Source: a virus (lineage: Duplodnaviria; Caudoviricetes). From it: DNA of 64,000 nucleotides. The stretch lies in the IMG/VR virus record IMGVR_UViG_3300020388_000010. One strand, given 5' to 3'. A program made the position numbers and the translations under genes. Of this stretch, positions 29,859-40,300 are shown piece after piece (positions within the stretch are counted from its first letter, which is position 1; each line of letters starts with the position of its first letter). The notes below the pieces were generated by a model. That model was given only the letters and a program-made list of their open reading frames with translations, was not told the origin of the DNA and made no database searches.

Positions 29859-30383
29859 ATGATTATAATGATTAGTGGTATACCTTGCTCTGGCAAAACC
29901 ACATTACTTAAATCTATAATAAAAGACTTGGGTTCATATGAAAATTGTGAACCCACTTCTTTATTTAAATGTCAAAAATTTAAAGATGTTCTTGTAATAG
30001 GTCAATATCCAGAAAATGAAACATTTGGTGGTACTGACAGATTATCATATGGAACAATTAGTAAGTTTCAAGATTTTATAAACACACAATCAAAACAATA
30101 TAAACACATTATCTTTGAGGGTGATAGGTTCACAAATAATATTGAGTGGGTACTTGACAAACACCAAAGTATAGTGTATATTCTAATAGTAAGCTATGAA
30201 GAAGAAAATAAAAGACACACTTTGAGAAAAGACAATCAAAGTGAAACTTGGTTAAAAGGAAGAAGAACCCAAATAGACAATATACAAAAGAATTTAAGTC
30301 TTATGGGAAGATTACAGATTAGAGATACTTCAGATGGTATCAATACTGTAAAGGGTGAAATTATGGAGATACTGAATGCCTGA
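29859..30383 (+). CDS. P-loop nucleotide kinase-like protein
   Basis: GIPCSGKT Walker [16 protein letters not shown]. Confidence 0.75.
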   Translation: MIIMISGIPCSGKTTLLKSIIKDLGSYENCEPTSLFKCQKFKDVLVIGQYPENETFGGTDRLSYGTISKFQDFINTQSKQYKHIIFEGDRFTNNIEWVLDKHQSIVYILIVSYEEENKRHTLRKDNQSETWLKGRRTQIDNIQKNLSLMGRLQIRDTSDGINTVKGEIMEILNA

Positions 30384-31416
30384 TTTTTTAAAAGAAGTTA
30401 TCAAAACAACTGGTAACGAATATGCATCATTAGTTTCAGACGGAGTTGGAGCTGGTGATGTAGATGAATTTATTGATACTGGGTCATATGCTTTAAATGC
30501 ATTATTATCTGGTTCAATAAATGGTGGACTTCCAGCAAATAAGATTACTGCAATCGCTGGTGAAAGTGCAACTGGTAAAACATTTTTTCTGATGGGTATG
30601 TGTAAAAACTTTCTGGACAAAAATCCAGAGAGTGGTGTCATATACTTTGAAAGTGAAAGTGCGATTACTAAACAAATGATTATTGATAGAGGTATTGACC
30701 CATCAAGAATGGTTATACTTCCAGTAACAACAGTACAAGAATTTAGAACTCAATCATTGAAAGTTCTAGATAGCTATATTAATCAAGAAGAATCTATTCG
30801 TAGACCATTATTTCTTGCATTAGATTCACTTGGTATGTTATCAACAACAAAAGAAGTTGAAGATACTGCTGAGGGAAAAGAAACAAGAGATATGACTCGT
30901 GCTCAAGTTCTTAAAGCTGCATTTAGAGTGTTGACTTTAAAACTTGGTAAAGCAAAAGTACCTATGGTTGTAACGAATCACACATATGATGTTGTTGGTT
31001 CTATGTTTCCAACAAAAGAAATGGGTGGTGGTTCTGGATTAAAATATGCAGCTTCTTCTATTGTATATCTTTCTAAAAGAAAAGAAAAAGAAGGAACAGA
31101 AGTTGTAGGTAATATTATACATTGTAAAAACTTTAAATCAAGACTTACCATTGAAAACAAAATGGTAGATGTTAGACTAACATATAATAAAGGTCTTGAT
31201 AGATATTATGGATTACTTGAACTTGCAGAAAAATATAAAGTATTCAAAAAAGTTTCAACAAGGTATGAATTACCAGACGGTTCAAAACAATATGGTAAAA
31301 CTATATTGAATGACCCAAAGAAATATTTCACTAAAGATGTTATGGCCATCTTAGATGAATGTGCAAAAAAGGAATTTAGATATGGTGGAACAGAAAGCGT
31401 TGAAGAAAGCGAATGA
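30376..31416 (+). CDS. uvsX: RecA-like recombinase UvsX
   Basis: [28 protein letters not shown]. Confidence 0.96.
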   Translation: MPDFLKEVIKTTGNEYASLVSDGVGAGDVDEFIDTGSYALNALLSGSINGGLPANKITAIAGESATGKTFFLMGMCKNFLDKNPESGVIYFESESAITKQMIIDRGIDPSRMVILPVTTVQEFRTQSLKVLDSYINQEESIRRPLFLALDSLGMLSTTKEVEDTAEGKETRDMTRAQVLKAAFRVLTLKLGKAKVPMVVTNHTYDVVGSMFPTKEMGGGSGLKYAASSIVYLSKRKEKEGTEVVGNIIHCKNFKSRLTIENKMVDVRLTYNKGLDRYYGLLELAEKYKVFKKVSTRYELPDGSKQYGKTILNDPKKYFTKDVMAILDECAKKEFRYGGTESVEESE

Positions 31417-31777
31417 TACCTCAAAAAGATATTTAGGTAATATCGCAGATAGTTATGTTTTCTTAGAAAACAAATCAAAATCACAACAAGATTGCATTGG
31501 TATTAAAGGTGGTAGATATGATGGTGTAGTATTCAAGTTTGGAAAGATTGCATCAGTACAAGACTCACAAAACCAAGGCTTAGAAGCAGTTCTTAAATTT
31601 CAATATACAGTTGTTGATTACAACGGATTGAAAGAAGAACATTTGAATATAGATTTCAAAAATCTTCTAGGTGATATACTTTGTGATATAGTAGATAAAC
31701 ATTATTCAGAGGGGGTAATTAGTGGTACAAAATCAAACGATAGAAGTAACGACACTAAGTCAGTTATTGAACAATGA
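31382..31777 (+). CDS. Head vertex assembly chaperone-like protein (gp40 position)
   Basis: Lies between uvsX and gp41 as in T4; GVVFKFGKI and LLGDIL motifs. Confidence 0.5.
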   Translation: MVEQKALKKANDTSKRYLGNIADSYVFLENKSKSQQDCIGIKGGRYDGVVFKFGKIASVQDSQNQGLEAVLKFQYTVVDYNGLKEEHLNIDFKNLLGDILCDIVDKHYSEGVISGTKSNDRSNDTKSVIEQ

Positions 31778-33128
31778 ACAATTCAATCGTAAGGTAACAC
31801 CCTTTTTAAAGAAAGAATATTTTAAAGATAGAAGTCAACAGATTGTCTTTGAAGAAATAAATGACTTTGTAGAGAAGTATTCTAAACCTCCAACTCAAAC
31901 TGTTTTAGAAATAGAACTTCAAAACAGAAGAGATTTATCAGATACTGAACATACTAGTGCATTAGAACTTTTAAAATCACTTGATAAGTCAGAGGTTGAT
32001 TACGATTGGTTGTTGAAAACAGTTGAACAATTCTGTAAAGACAAAGCTGTATATAATGCAGTTGTTGATAGTATAAAAATAATAGAAGACAAAGATAAGA
32101 ACAACACACCAGAATCTATTCCAAGTATATTATCAGATGCACTTTCAGTATCATTTGACAATCATATTGGACACGATTATATTGATGAGTCTGAAAATAG
32201 ATATGAATACTATCATAAAAAAGAAGATAAAATATCTTTTGACTTAGACTACTTTAATAAGATTACTAAAGGTGGTTTACCTAATAAAACATTAAATGTT
32301 GCACTTGCTGGTACTGGTGTAGGTAAATCATTGTTTATGTGTCATATGGCTGCATCAACTTTGATGCAAGGTAAAAATGTTCTTTATATTACATTAGAAA
32401 TGGCAGAAGAAAAGATTGCAGAAAGAATAGATGCAAACTTAATGAATATATCTATTGATGATTTACACGAACTACCTAAAAAGATGTTTACTGATAAGAT
32501 ATCAAGTATATCTAAAAAGACAAATGGTAAATTAGTAATTAAAGAATATCCAACTGCATCTGCACATAGTGGACACTTTAAAGGTTTAGTAAAAGAACTT
32601 GCACTCAAGAAATCATTTAAACCAGATATCATTTTTATAGACTATCTAAATATTTGTTCATCATCTAGGTTTAAAGGTAATGCAAGTATAGGTTCATATT
32701 TTTATATTAAGGCTATTGCAGAAGAACTTAGAGGGTTTGCAGTTGAATCAAATGTACCGATTGTTTCTGCAACACAGACAACGAGAAGTGCATACACTTC
32801 AACAGATGTAGGATTAGAAGATACATCTGAAAGTTTTGGATTGCCTGCAACTGCTGATTTAATGTTTGCATTAATATCAACAGAGGAACTAGAGGATTTA
32901 AATCAGATAATGATTAAACAATTAAAGAACAGATATAATGACCCTACTATGAATAAAAGATTCATATTAGGAATAGATAGAGCAAAGATGAAGTTATATG
33001 ATGTTGAACAAGTCGCACAAAAAGATGTGTTAGACTCTGGACAGAATGAACCAGTCTTTGACAATACTGGTGTTGGAAAAAGATTAGGAGAGAAGTCTTA
33101 TGAAAAGTTTTCCGACCTCAAAATATAA
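31722..33128 (+). CDS. gp41: Replicative DnaB-like helicase
   Basis: LAGTGVGKSLFMC, IFIDYLNI, SATQTTR, SESFGLPATAD. Confidence 0.97.
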   Translation: MVQNQTIEVTTLSQLLNNEQFNRKVTPFLKKEYFKDRSQQIVFEEINDFVEKYSKPPTQTVLEIELQNRRDLSDTEHTSALELLKSLDKSEVDYDWLLKTVEQFCKDKAVYNAVVDSIKIIEDKDKNNTPESIPSILSDALSVSFDNHIGHDYIDESENRYEYYHKKEDKISFDLDYFNKITKGGLPNKTLNVALAGTGVGKSLFMCHMAASTLMQGKNVLYITLEMAEEKIAERIDANLMNISIDDLHELPKKMFTDKISSISKKTNGKLVIKEYPTASAHSGHFKGLVKELALKKSFKPDIIFIDYLNICSSSRFKGNASIGSYFYIKAIAEELRGFAVESNVPIVSATQTTRSAYTSTDVGLEDTSESFGLPATADLMFALISTEELEDLNQIMIKQLKNRYNDPTMNKRFILGIDRAKMKLYDVEQVAQKDVLDSGQNEPVFDNTGVGKRLGEKSYEKFSDLKI

Positions 33129-33330
33129 AAAGTACAAGGTTAAATATTTTGTTGATGTGGAATGGAGAGATAAAGCAGCTTGCTATGTTGTTATTGAATT
33201 ACCGACAAACGATGTTGTCCAAATATTTAAATTCAAGGAAGACGCTGAAGAAATGGTTTTAACTCTAATGACTATAAGACCATTTGGTAAAGAACCTTTA
33301 CCAAAATTCTTAAAGGAAAATGTATGGTAG
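33100..33330 (+). CDS. Hypothetical protein
   Basis: Coupled ORF with AGGAG upstream. Confidence 0.55.
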   Translation: MKSFPTSKYKKYKVKYFVDVEWRDKAACYVVIELPTNDVVQIFKFKEDAEEMVLTLMTIRPFGKEPLPKFLKENVW

Positions 33331-33896
33331 ATGATCCAGTAAAAGACCACCCACCAATATGGGGTAAAGAAGGTAGACAAATATTATTCAAAGAGAGATA
33401 TCCAGTTGTTCTCAAAACATATGATAAATGGAAAACTCTTAACCCTATATTAGAAAAGTTTATCAGACAACAAGGTGATAGAATAAATTACAAGTCAAAT
33501 GTAAAAGCACAAATGACTGAATGGAATATGCAATTAGAAGCTGGTGGTGAACATTTTCAAGAACTAGTAAACTGGGTAAGAGAAATTTCAATAGAAGTAT
33601 CACCAGTACAATTCATTCCAGATTGTTACGATTGTTGGGGTGCAGTATATAAAAAGGGAGAATATACTATATCCCACGACCATTGGCCTGCGATATGGTC
33701 TTGGACATACTATGTTAATGTAACTAGTCAATGTTCACCATTAGTATTCACAAACACAGATTATAAAGTACAACCGTCAAACGGATTGCTGGTGATGTTT
33801 CCAGGCTGGGTAAAACATAAAGTACCACCACAAGAAATTGACTTTGAAAGAGTTATGGTTGCTGGTAATTTAAATGCAAGAACTGGAATGTTTTAA
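33324..33896 (+). CDS. Putative 2OG-Fe(II) oxygenase
   Basis: SHDH...WSWTYY...MFPGWVKHKV...RVMVAGN. Confidence 0.82.
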   Translation: MVDDPVKDHPPIWGKEGRQILFKERYPVVLKTYDKWKTLNPILEKFIRQQGDRINYKSNVKAQMTEWNMQLEAGGEHFQELVNWVREISIEVSPVQFIPDCYDCWGAVYKKGEYTISHDHWPAIWSWTYYVNVTSQCSPLVFTNTDYKVQPSNGLLVMFPGWVKHKVPPQEIDFERVMVAGNLNARTGMF

Positions 33897-33900
33897 AGAC

Positions 33901-33924
33901 TTGACAAATTTCAATTTATAAATA
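33901..33924 (+). promoter_or_regulatory. Overlapping TTGACA and late promoter TATAAATA
   Basis: TTGACA at 33901 and TATAAATA at 33917, ahead of the cargo gene block. Confidence 0.65.
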
Positions 33925-33956
33925 TAGTAGTAATAGAACTATGGAAAAATTGAAAA

Positions 33957-35195
33957 ATGTTAACATTTAAAGAATTTTTATTAGAAGATAAACAAGGCAA
34001 AAATCTACACCTTGAACACTTGGAAGATGAGATACTCAACTTTGGTGTCGGTGGGGGTAGAGGTGCAATTAATTTTCTACAATCATTAAGAGATATGTTA
34101 TCTGGGTCATCTAAAGGTTCAGTTAATATGACTGTTAAGTGGGACGGGGCCCCTGCTATATTTGCAGGCATTGACCCATCAGATGGCAAGTTCTTTGTCG
34201 CAAAGAAATCAGTATTTAATGTAAATCCAAAGTTGTATAAAGAAGAATCAGAAATAGATGTTTCTGGTGATTTAAAAGACAAGTTTGCAATCGCATTAAA
34301 AGAATTTAAAAAATTAGGAATTAAAAATGTTATTCAAGGTGATTTAATGTTCACCAAGAAAGATTTAAAAAAGGAGAAAATTGATGAACAAACCTTTATT
34401 TCTTTTCAGCCTAACACTATCGTTTATGCTGCACCTATGGGTTCTGAACTTGCTGGACAAATCTCTAAATCACAAATTGGAGTTGTATGGCACACCACCT
34501 ATGAAGGCGATAATTTGCCATCAATGTCAGCAAAATTCGGTGTGGATATAAAAGGATTAAAAAATATAGATAGTGTATGGATGGATAATGCTTCATTTAA
34601 AGATGTTTCTGGTAAGGCAACATTTACTCAATCAGAAACAGAAGAAGTAACATCATACTTATCAACAGTTGGTAAGATTTTTAGACGAATAAATTCATCA
34701 TTGTTAGAGAAGTTTATTAGACTTCAAAATTCAATGGTAGGGAATTTGTCTGGTGCTTCTCTGAAAACATATAATAATTTAAAAGTAAGAGAAGGACAAA
34801 CTATCAAAAATGTAAGACAACACGCTCAAGGATATCTTGACCATATTGCAAACCATTTTGATAAGAATAAGGACAAAGTAAAGACACTCGGAGCAAAAGA
34901 AAAGATTGAAAGAAATAAGAACGAGTATCTGAGAGAGTTTAAGAAACATATCAGAAATATAGAAAATGTCATTTCTTTTCAACAAGCCCTTGTGGCCGCA
35001 AAGATGTTAATTGTTAAAAAGTTGAATTCAGTTAAACAACTAACGGACACCTTTATAAAAACAAAAAATGGATTTAAGGTTACAAATCCAGAAGGTTATG
35101 TTGCAATTAATAATGATGGTAAGGCCGTAAAACTTGTTGATAGAATGGAGTTTAGTTTTAATAACTTTACTGCAATAAAGAATTGGGATAAGTGA
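33957..35195 (+). CDS. Conserved marine T4-like protein (GKNLHLEHLED family) with internal-protein-like N-terminus
   Basis: MLTFKEFLLE, KWDGAPAI, PEGYVA and KLVDRMEFS motifs (KxDG...EG...K as in ligase-fold nucleotidyltransferases). Confidence 0.7.
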   Translation: MLTFKEFLLEDKQGKNLHLEHLEDEILNFGVGGGRGAINFLQSLRDMLSGSSKGSVNMTVKWDGAPAIFAGIDPSDGKFFVAKKSVFNVNPKLYKEESEIDVSGDLKDKFAIALKEFKKLGIKNVIQGDLMFTKKDLKKEKIDEQTFISFQPNTIVYAAPMGSELAGQISKSQIGVVWHTTYEGDNLPSMSAKFGVDIKGLKNIDSVWMDNASFKDVSGKATFTQSETEEVTSYLSTVGKIFRRINSSLLEKFIRLQNSMVGNLSGASLKTYNNLKVREGQTIKNVRQHAQGYLDHIANHFDKNKDKVKTLGAKEKIERNKNEYLREFKKHIRNIENVISFQQALVAAKMLIVKKLNSVKQLTDTFIKTKNGFKVTNPEGYVAINNDGKAVKLVDRMEFSFNNFTAIKNWDK

Positions 35196-35242
35196 CTTGA
35201 CAAACATATTTAAATATAGTAATTATAAAGTAGAGGAATGTT

Positions 35243-36340
35243 ATGAAAACATTTAAACAATTTATAAACGAACAAAAGGAGTATTTAATTATGGGTGACA
35301 CAAAAAAAGCATATGATATGGAAAGAGTGATTGTATCTGCAGCTGGAGGTGAAAACTTCGTTTCAGACTTGATTCCTAATTCAGAAAAAGTTGGTAAAAA
35401 AATTATTAATGATTTAAAATTAACTGGTAAATCGTATTTTCCTAAAAATTCTTATCCAGCAACTGATAAATGGGCAAAATACTTTTTGCCTGATAAACCT
35501 AAAGGTTCAACATTGACACCTAAAACTGATTTTATAATCGGTAACAAAAAGATATCTTTAAAAACTGGTGATGCAGTATTAATGTCTGGTGAAAGAAAAG
35601 AAGCAACTGCTACTTTTTATAATGCAATGGATAATACAAAAACATTGGATGATGCAGTTAAAAGATTAAAAAAACATATAGACAATATGTTACCATCAAC
35701 AGATATGACAAAATATAATATAAAAGGTAATAAAACACAATTATCAAAAGCAGGTAAATTTGCAGAGATAGAAATACTAAAAAAAGCAGATGAAGCTCAT
35801 AAAGCATTTAAAAAAGATATGAGAGATGTATTTATAAATTCAGAAGGATTTGGTAGAGAATTTACTTTTGAAGCAATGACTGGTAAAATTAAATTTGGTG
35901 ATAATGATGGAACTGCTGACCATTTTTTAGTAACAGATTATGATGGTAATGCAACTTTACATAAAGTAACTAAATCATCAGACGAATATGTTTCTAAAAT
36001 AATGAAATATGTTAAACCAGATGCAACTTTTAAAACAACACAAAGAACTTCTGCTAAATTAAAATCACCATCTAATAAAAAAGGTGGTACTGGTTATTAC
36101 ACCTTTTGGTCTGCTTTGAAGGTCGGTGTTAAAATGATACAAGAAGAAGAAATAAAAAATGCAGATTTGTTAAATGAGAGTATTTTTGATATAATAAAAA
36201 GAACTTTTAAAAAAGCGATTAACTGGATAAAAAGTTTTTTTAAAAAAATTTATAGTTTTGTTTCTAAATCTTATAAATCATTGATGGAATTTATGGTTTT
36301 AGAACCAGTTGTGAAATATAATAATATGGTTAAGTGGTAA
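35243..36340 (+). CDS. PD-(D/E)xK nuclease-like protein with capsid-targeting-like N-terminus
   Basis: MKTFKQFINE; E...TPKTDF...ISLK catalytic-like motif. Confidence 0.6.
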   Translation: MKTFKQFINEQKEYLIMGDTKKAYDMERVIVSAAGGENFVSDLIPNSEKVGKKIINDLKLTGKSYFPKNSYPATDKWAKYFLPDKPKGSTLTPKTDFIIGNKKISLKTGDAVLMSGERKEATATFYNAMDNTKTLDDAVKRLKKHIDNMLPSTDMTKYNIKGNKTQLSKAGKFAEIEILKKADEAHKAFKKDMRDVFINSEGFGREFTFEAMTGKIKFGDNDGTADHFLVTDYDGNATLHKVTKSSDEYVSKIMKYVKPDATFKTTQRTSAKLKSPSNKKGGTGYYTFWSALKVGVKMIQEEEIKNADLLNESIFDIIKRTFKKAINWIKSFFKKIYSFVSKSYKSLMEFMVLEPVVKYNNMVKW

Positions 36341-36363
36341 TGAAAACATTTAAACAATTTATA
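35243..36363 (+). repeat. Identical 24-nt direct repeats ATGAAAACATTTAAACAATTTATA
   Basis: Copies at 35243-35266 and 36340-36363. Confidence 0.9.
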
Positions 36364-36660
36364 GAAGCACCAAGAATACCTAGAAAGAAAGGTCAACCAG
36401 CAGGGTCTGATAAACATTCTGATTTATATACAGATGAGAATCCTAAAGGTACGATACACGGACTAGGATTTAAAGATGAAAAGACTGCAAGGGCAAGTGT
36501 AAAGAAAATAAATAGTAGTAATAGAAAACACGCACATAAAATACAAGCTGCGATTGCAATGGAACAAAGAGCAAAAGTTGCTGGTAAAACAAAAGAGGCT
36601 GCAATCTATCGTGCTTATATAGAGAAGATGAAAAAGAAAACAAAGGAAATGAACAAATGA
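36340..36660 (+). CDS. Basic hypothetical protein, putative internal head protein
   Basis: MKTFKQFIE-A N-terminus; HSDLYTDENPKGTIHGLGF. Confidence 0.7.
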   Translation: MKTFKQFIEAPRIPRKKGQPAGSDKHSDLYTDENPKGTIHGLGFKDEKTARASVKKINSSNRKHAHKIQAAIAMEQRAKVAGKTKEAAIYRAYIEKMKKKTKEMNK

Positions 36661-37118
36661 AGACATTTACAGAGTTAAAAAAGTATGTTATGGATTTGGA
36701 TAACGATGTAAGAGATATGTATTCTGTTGATCAAGAAGTTGTTGAGATTATGGATAAAGAAAATCTTGATGAAGTAACTGCAATTTCTAAGTTTATACAA
36801 AGAGCAAGAAAAGCAGGAAGAAAGTTAAGAGCTAAGTCTGCATTGTTTTTAAAGAAAAGAATGAAATCTCTTAAAAGGTATAAAAAACCAGAAGCAATTA
36901 AAAGAATTGCAAGAAAGAAAGCAATAGATTTGTTAGTGCAAAAGATATACAAACTTCCATATAGAAGTTTACCTATGCAGAGAAAAGCACAGATAACTCA
37001 AAACTTTTTATCTAAACCGAATGTTAAAAAGAAAATTAATAAGATTGCGAAGAAACAAGAAAGAAAAGTAAGAATTGCAGACAGAGAGAGAATTGCAAAA
37101 ATGAGAGCAAAAAAATGA
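36657..37118 (+). CDS. Very basic hypothetical protein
   Basis: MKTFTEL start, LDE junction, then a K/R-rich helical region. Confidence 0.6.
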   Translation: MKTFTELKKYVMDLDNDVRDMYSVDQEVVEIMDKENLDEVTAISKFIQRARKAGRKLRAKSALFLKKRMKSLKRYKKPEAIKRIARKKAIDLLVQKIYKLPYRSLPMQRKAQITQNFLSKPNVKKKINKIAKKQERKVRIADRERIAKMRAKK

Positions 37119-37315
37119 TGGAAGATGGCCCTATGAAAGAACACATTAATAGAAGTAAAGAAGGTGTAATTGTTGCAAAGTATATCACTTACACTTTAAA
37201 AAATGGTATGTTGGTAAAAGATGTTAGTACGAGAAAATATATGAAATCATCTAAAGGTGATTACATAGATACATCTAGCAGTGAACCAATAGTAGAGGTA
37301 TCAAATGAAACTTAG
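37115..37315 (+). CDS. Hypothetical protein
   Basis: Coupled ORF. Confidence 0.55.
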   Translation: MMEDGPMKEHINRSKEGVIVAKYITYTLKNGMLVKDVSTRKYMKSSKGDYIDTSSSEPIVEVSNET

Positions 37316-40300
37316 AGAGTTATTAGAAGAAGAGGTATCAAGAAAAGATATAAATGATTTAGAAAAATTTGCAGATAGAATATTAAAAAAATATGGAGTT
37401 GATATAGAATTTACTAAACACTTTGTAGATAGAATGAATGACCCAAGAAATAGTCCAGAGATAAAAGTATCTGAACTACAAAGGTTCTTTAAAAAGATTC
37501 AAAAAAACAAAGCGAGAAATATAATAAACAACCCAGACATACAAGCTGTTTTAAAAGATATGTCAACTAATTTAAATTTACCAGTTGTTATTAAAACAAA
37601 AGGTAATGAGATAGAAGTAACAAACAAGACTATTATGAGAAAACCAGATTTTAAAACACCTAATAAGGTTATTAAGTACGAGTCATTTAGAACTTTTTCA
37701 GAAGCAACTGAATCAGTTGTATTTACATTTGGTAGATTTAATCCACCAACAACTGGTCACGAAAAACTAATAGAGAAAGTCAAGAAGATTGCTGGTGGTG
37801 ATGACTATTATATATTCCCATCACATTCTCAGAACAATAAGAAAGACCCTTTACCACTTGCAAAGAAAGTTGCATATATGAGAGATATGTTTCCAAAACA
37901 TAAAAGAAACATAATCGCAAATAATAAATTAAAAACAGTTTTAGATATTGCAGTTTATTTTCACCAACAAGGTTATGTAGAATTAAATATGGTGGTGGGT
38001 TCGGATAGAGTTGCAGAGTTTAAAAAACTGTTGACAACATATAATGGTCAAGAAAAAAGACACGGTTTTTACGATTTTGATACTATACAAATTTTTAGTG
38101 CTGGTGAAAGAGACCCAGATGCAGAAGGTGTTACTGGAATGAGTGCATCTAAGATGAGAGCAGCTGCAACCAATAATGATTATGATACATTTCAAAAAGG
38201 ATTACCACGAGGTTTTAAAAATGGTAATCAATTATTCAAGGATGTGAGGAAAGGTATGAACTTAAAAGAGAATTCAAAATACTCTGATGAAGAAATTGAA
38301 AGAGATTTATATGTCAGAGGTGCAATCTATCAAATCGGAGATTTGGTAGAAAATATAAATGATGGAACTAGTGGTGAGATAATTAGAAGAGGTACTAACT
38401 ATGTGCAATACACAGATGGTGAAAATGTGCATAAAGCATTTCTTCATTCAATAAAAGAAACAAAAAAAATAACAAAAACAAAACAAGACTCAGATATAAA
38501 AGACAGTCCAGGCTCTGAACCAGCAAAGTATTATGCAAAAGGTGTAGGTGATAAAAAAGGAATGTCTGTATCTACTAAAAAGGCAAGAGATGCCCATTTT
38601 ACAAAGGGAGCGAAAATGGACGATGACAACCCAAATGCATATAAACCAGCGCCTGGTGATAAAGATAAGAAAACTAAACCTTCACAATATACTAAAAAGT
38701 TTAAACAGATGTATGGTGAAGTTTCAGAAAAAAGAATAGACCCAGCAGATATTGATGATTTTGCAACAGATGATGATATTAAAGCTGCAGATAAAAATAT
38801 TATGATGCAGTTAAGAAAGTCTGTATCTTTACGAGGTAATTTTCCAGTACAATTTATGGATAAGAAGAAAGTAAAAGTTTCATCTAAGATTGCACAAGCA
38901 GTTCAATCAAAATATGATTCTATGAAAAAAGCATCTGATAAAGAAAAATTTCAGAGTAAAATTTCTAAATCATATAAAGATTTATTAAGTGCGTTGAAAG
39001 AACAACTTAATATTAATGAACAACCAAAACACGAAATTACAGTAGGTGATTACACAACTAAGTTTTTCTATATGTGTGGTTCTGCACAAACAACTATGAA
39101 AAAACACGCAGATAAAGAAGGTGCAGAAGAACTTACTCGTATGCAAGATTTATTTTATAAAATGGAAAAAGATGCAATGGACTCTGGTGGTGCAAGTGAT
39201 GAACAGAAAAAGAAATCACAAATACTCTATGATAAAATAATTGCAAAAGCAGACGATATAGGTATTAAGAATGAAGTTGACAAATATATGAAACTTCATT
39301 TGACTTCAATGTTAAATAATAAACCTAAACTAGGATTTGGTAGAACAGATATTAGTGAAAGTCTTTGGAAAAACATTCATAAAAAAAGACAAAGAATAAA
39401 ACAAGGTTCTGGTGAGAAGATGAGAAAACCTGGCGAGAAGGGAGCTCCAACACCAGCACAATTAAAAAGAGCAAAAGGTGAAGAAACTGATATAAAAGAA
39501 ATGCCCTATTATAGAAAAATCTATGATAAGATACATCAAATGGTGCATCCTAAAGGTTATGATAGGATACTTAAAATGTACATACAAATGCATAAACAAG
39601 GACATAGAAATCCTGCTCAAGCATTAGGACAAATGGTAAAAGGTGTTAATGCAAGAGATGTTGCATATTACATTAATGGTTTAGTAAAAAAAGGTAAATT
39701 ACCATCTGACCTTGCAGCTAAAGTTGATTTTGAAATAGACGAATCGGTAAATCTTAATGAGAAGATTGAAGGTTTAGTTAAGAAATCACAACAAACTGGT
39801 GTTCCTTATGGTATTCTAAAAAAGAGTTATGATAGAGGACTTGCAGCTTGGAAAACTGGACACAGACCAGGCACTACTCCACAACAATGGGCATTTGCAA
39901 GAGTGAACTCAATGTTAACTGGTGGTAAAGCAGACCCAGATTTACAAAAACAAGCAAGAGCATCTAAAAAGAAAAAGAAAAAAGAATCATATGAAATAGG
40001 AGAACCTTATGCTAGACATACATTTGATGTTACACCAGGCCAAGACTATGAACAGTCAGTCAAGTCAAAGGTTGCGAGTGAATCCAACATACAAGACTGG
40101 TTTGAAAGACCGTCTACTAGAAAAGAGTATCAAGAAAGATACAAAGATGAGTGGGAAGAAAAACTCCAAGAAACCTATAATCTTATGAGGTCAAAGATTT
40201 CTAAAGATGATTTAGAAGATAAATATATAGAGAAACTAGAGATAGTAGAATCTGAATATCAAGGTCGTAAAGTTAAGTTAAATGACCCATTTAGACTACC

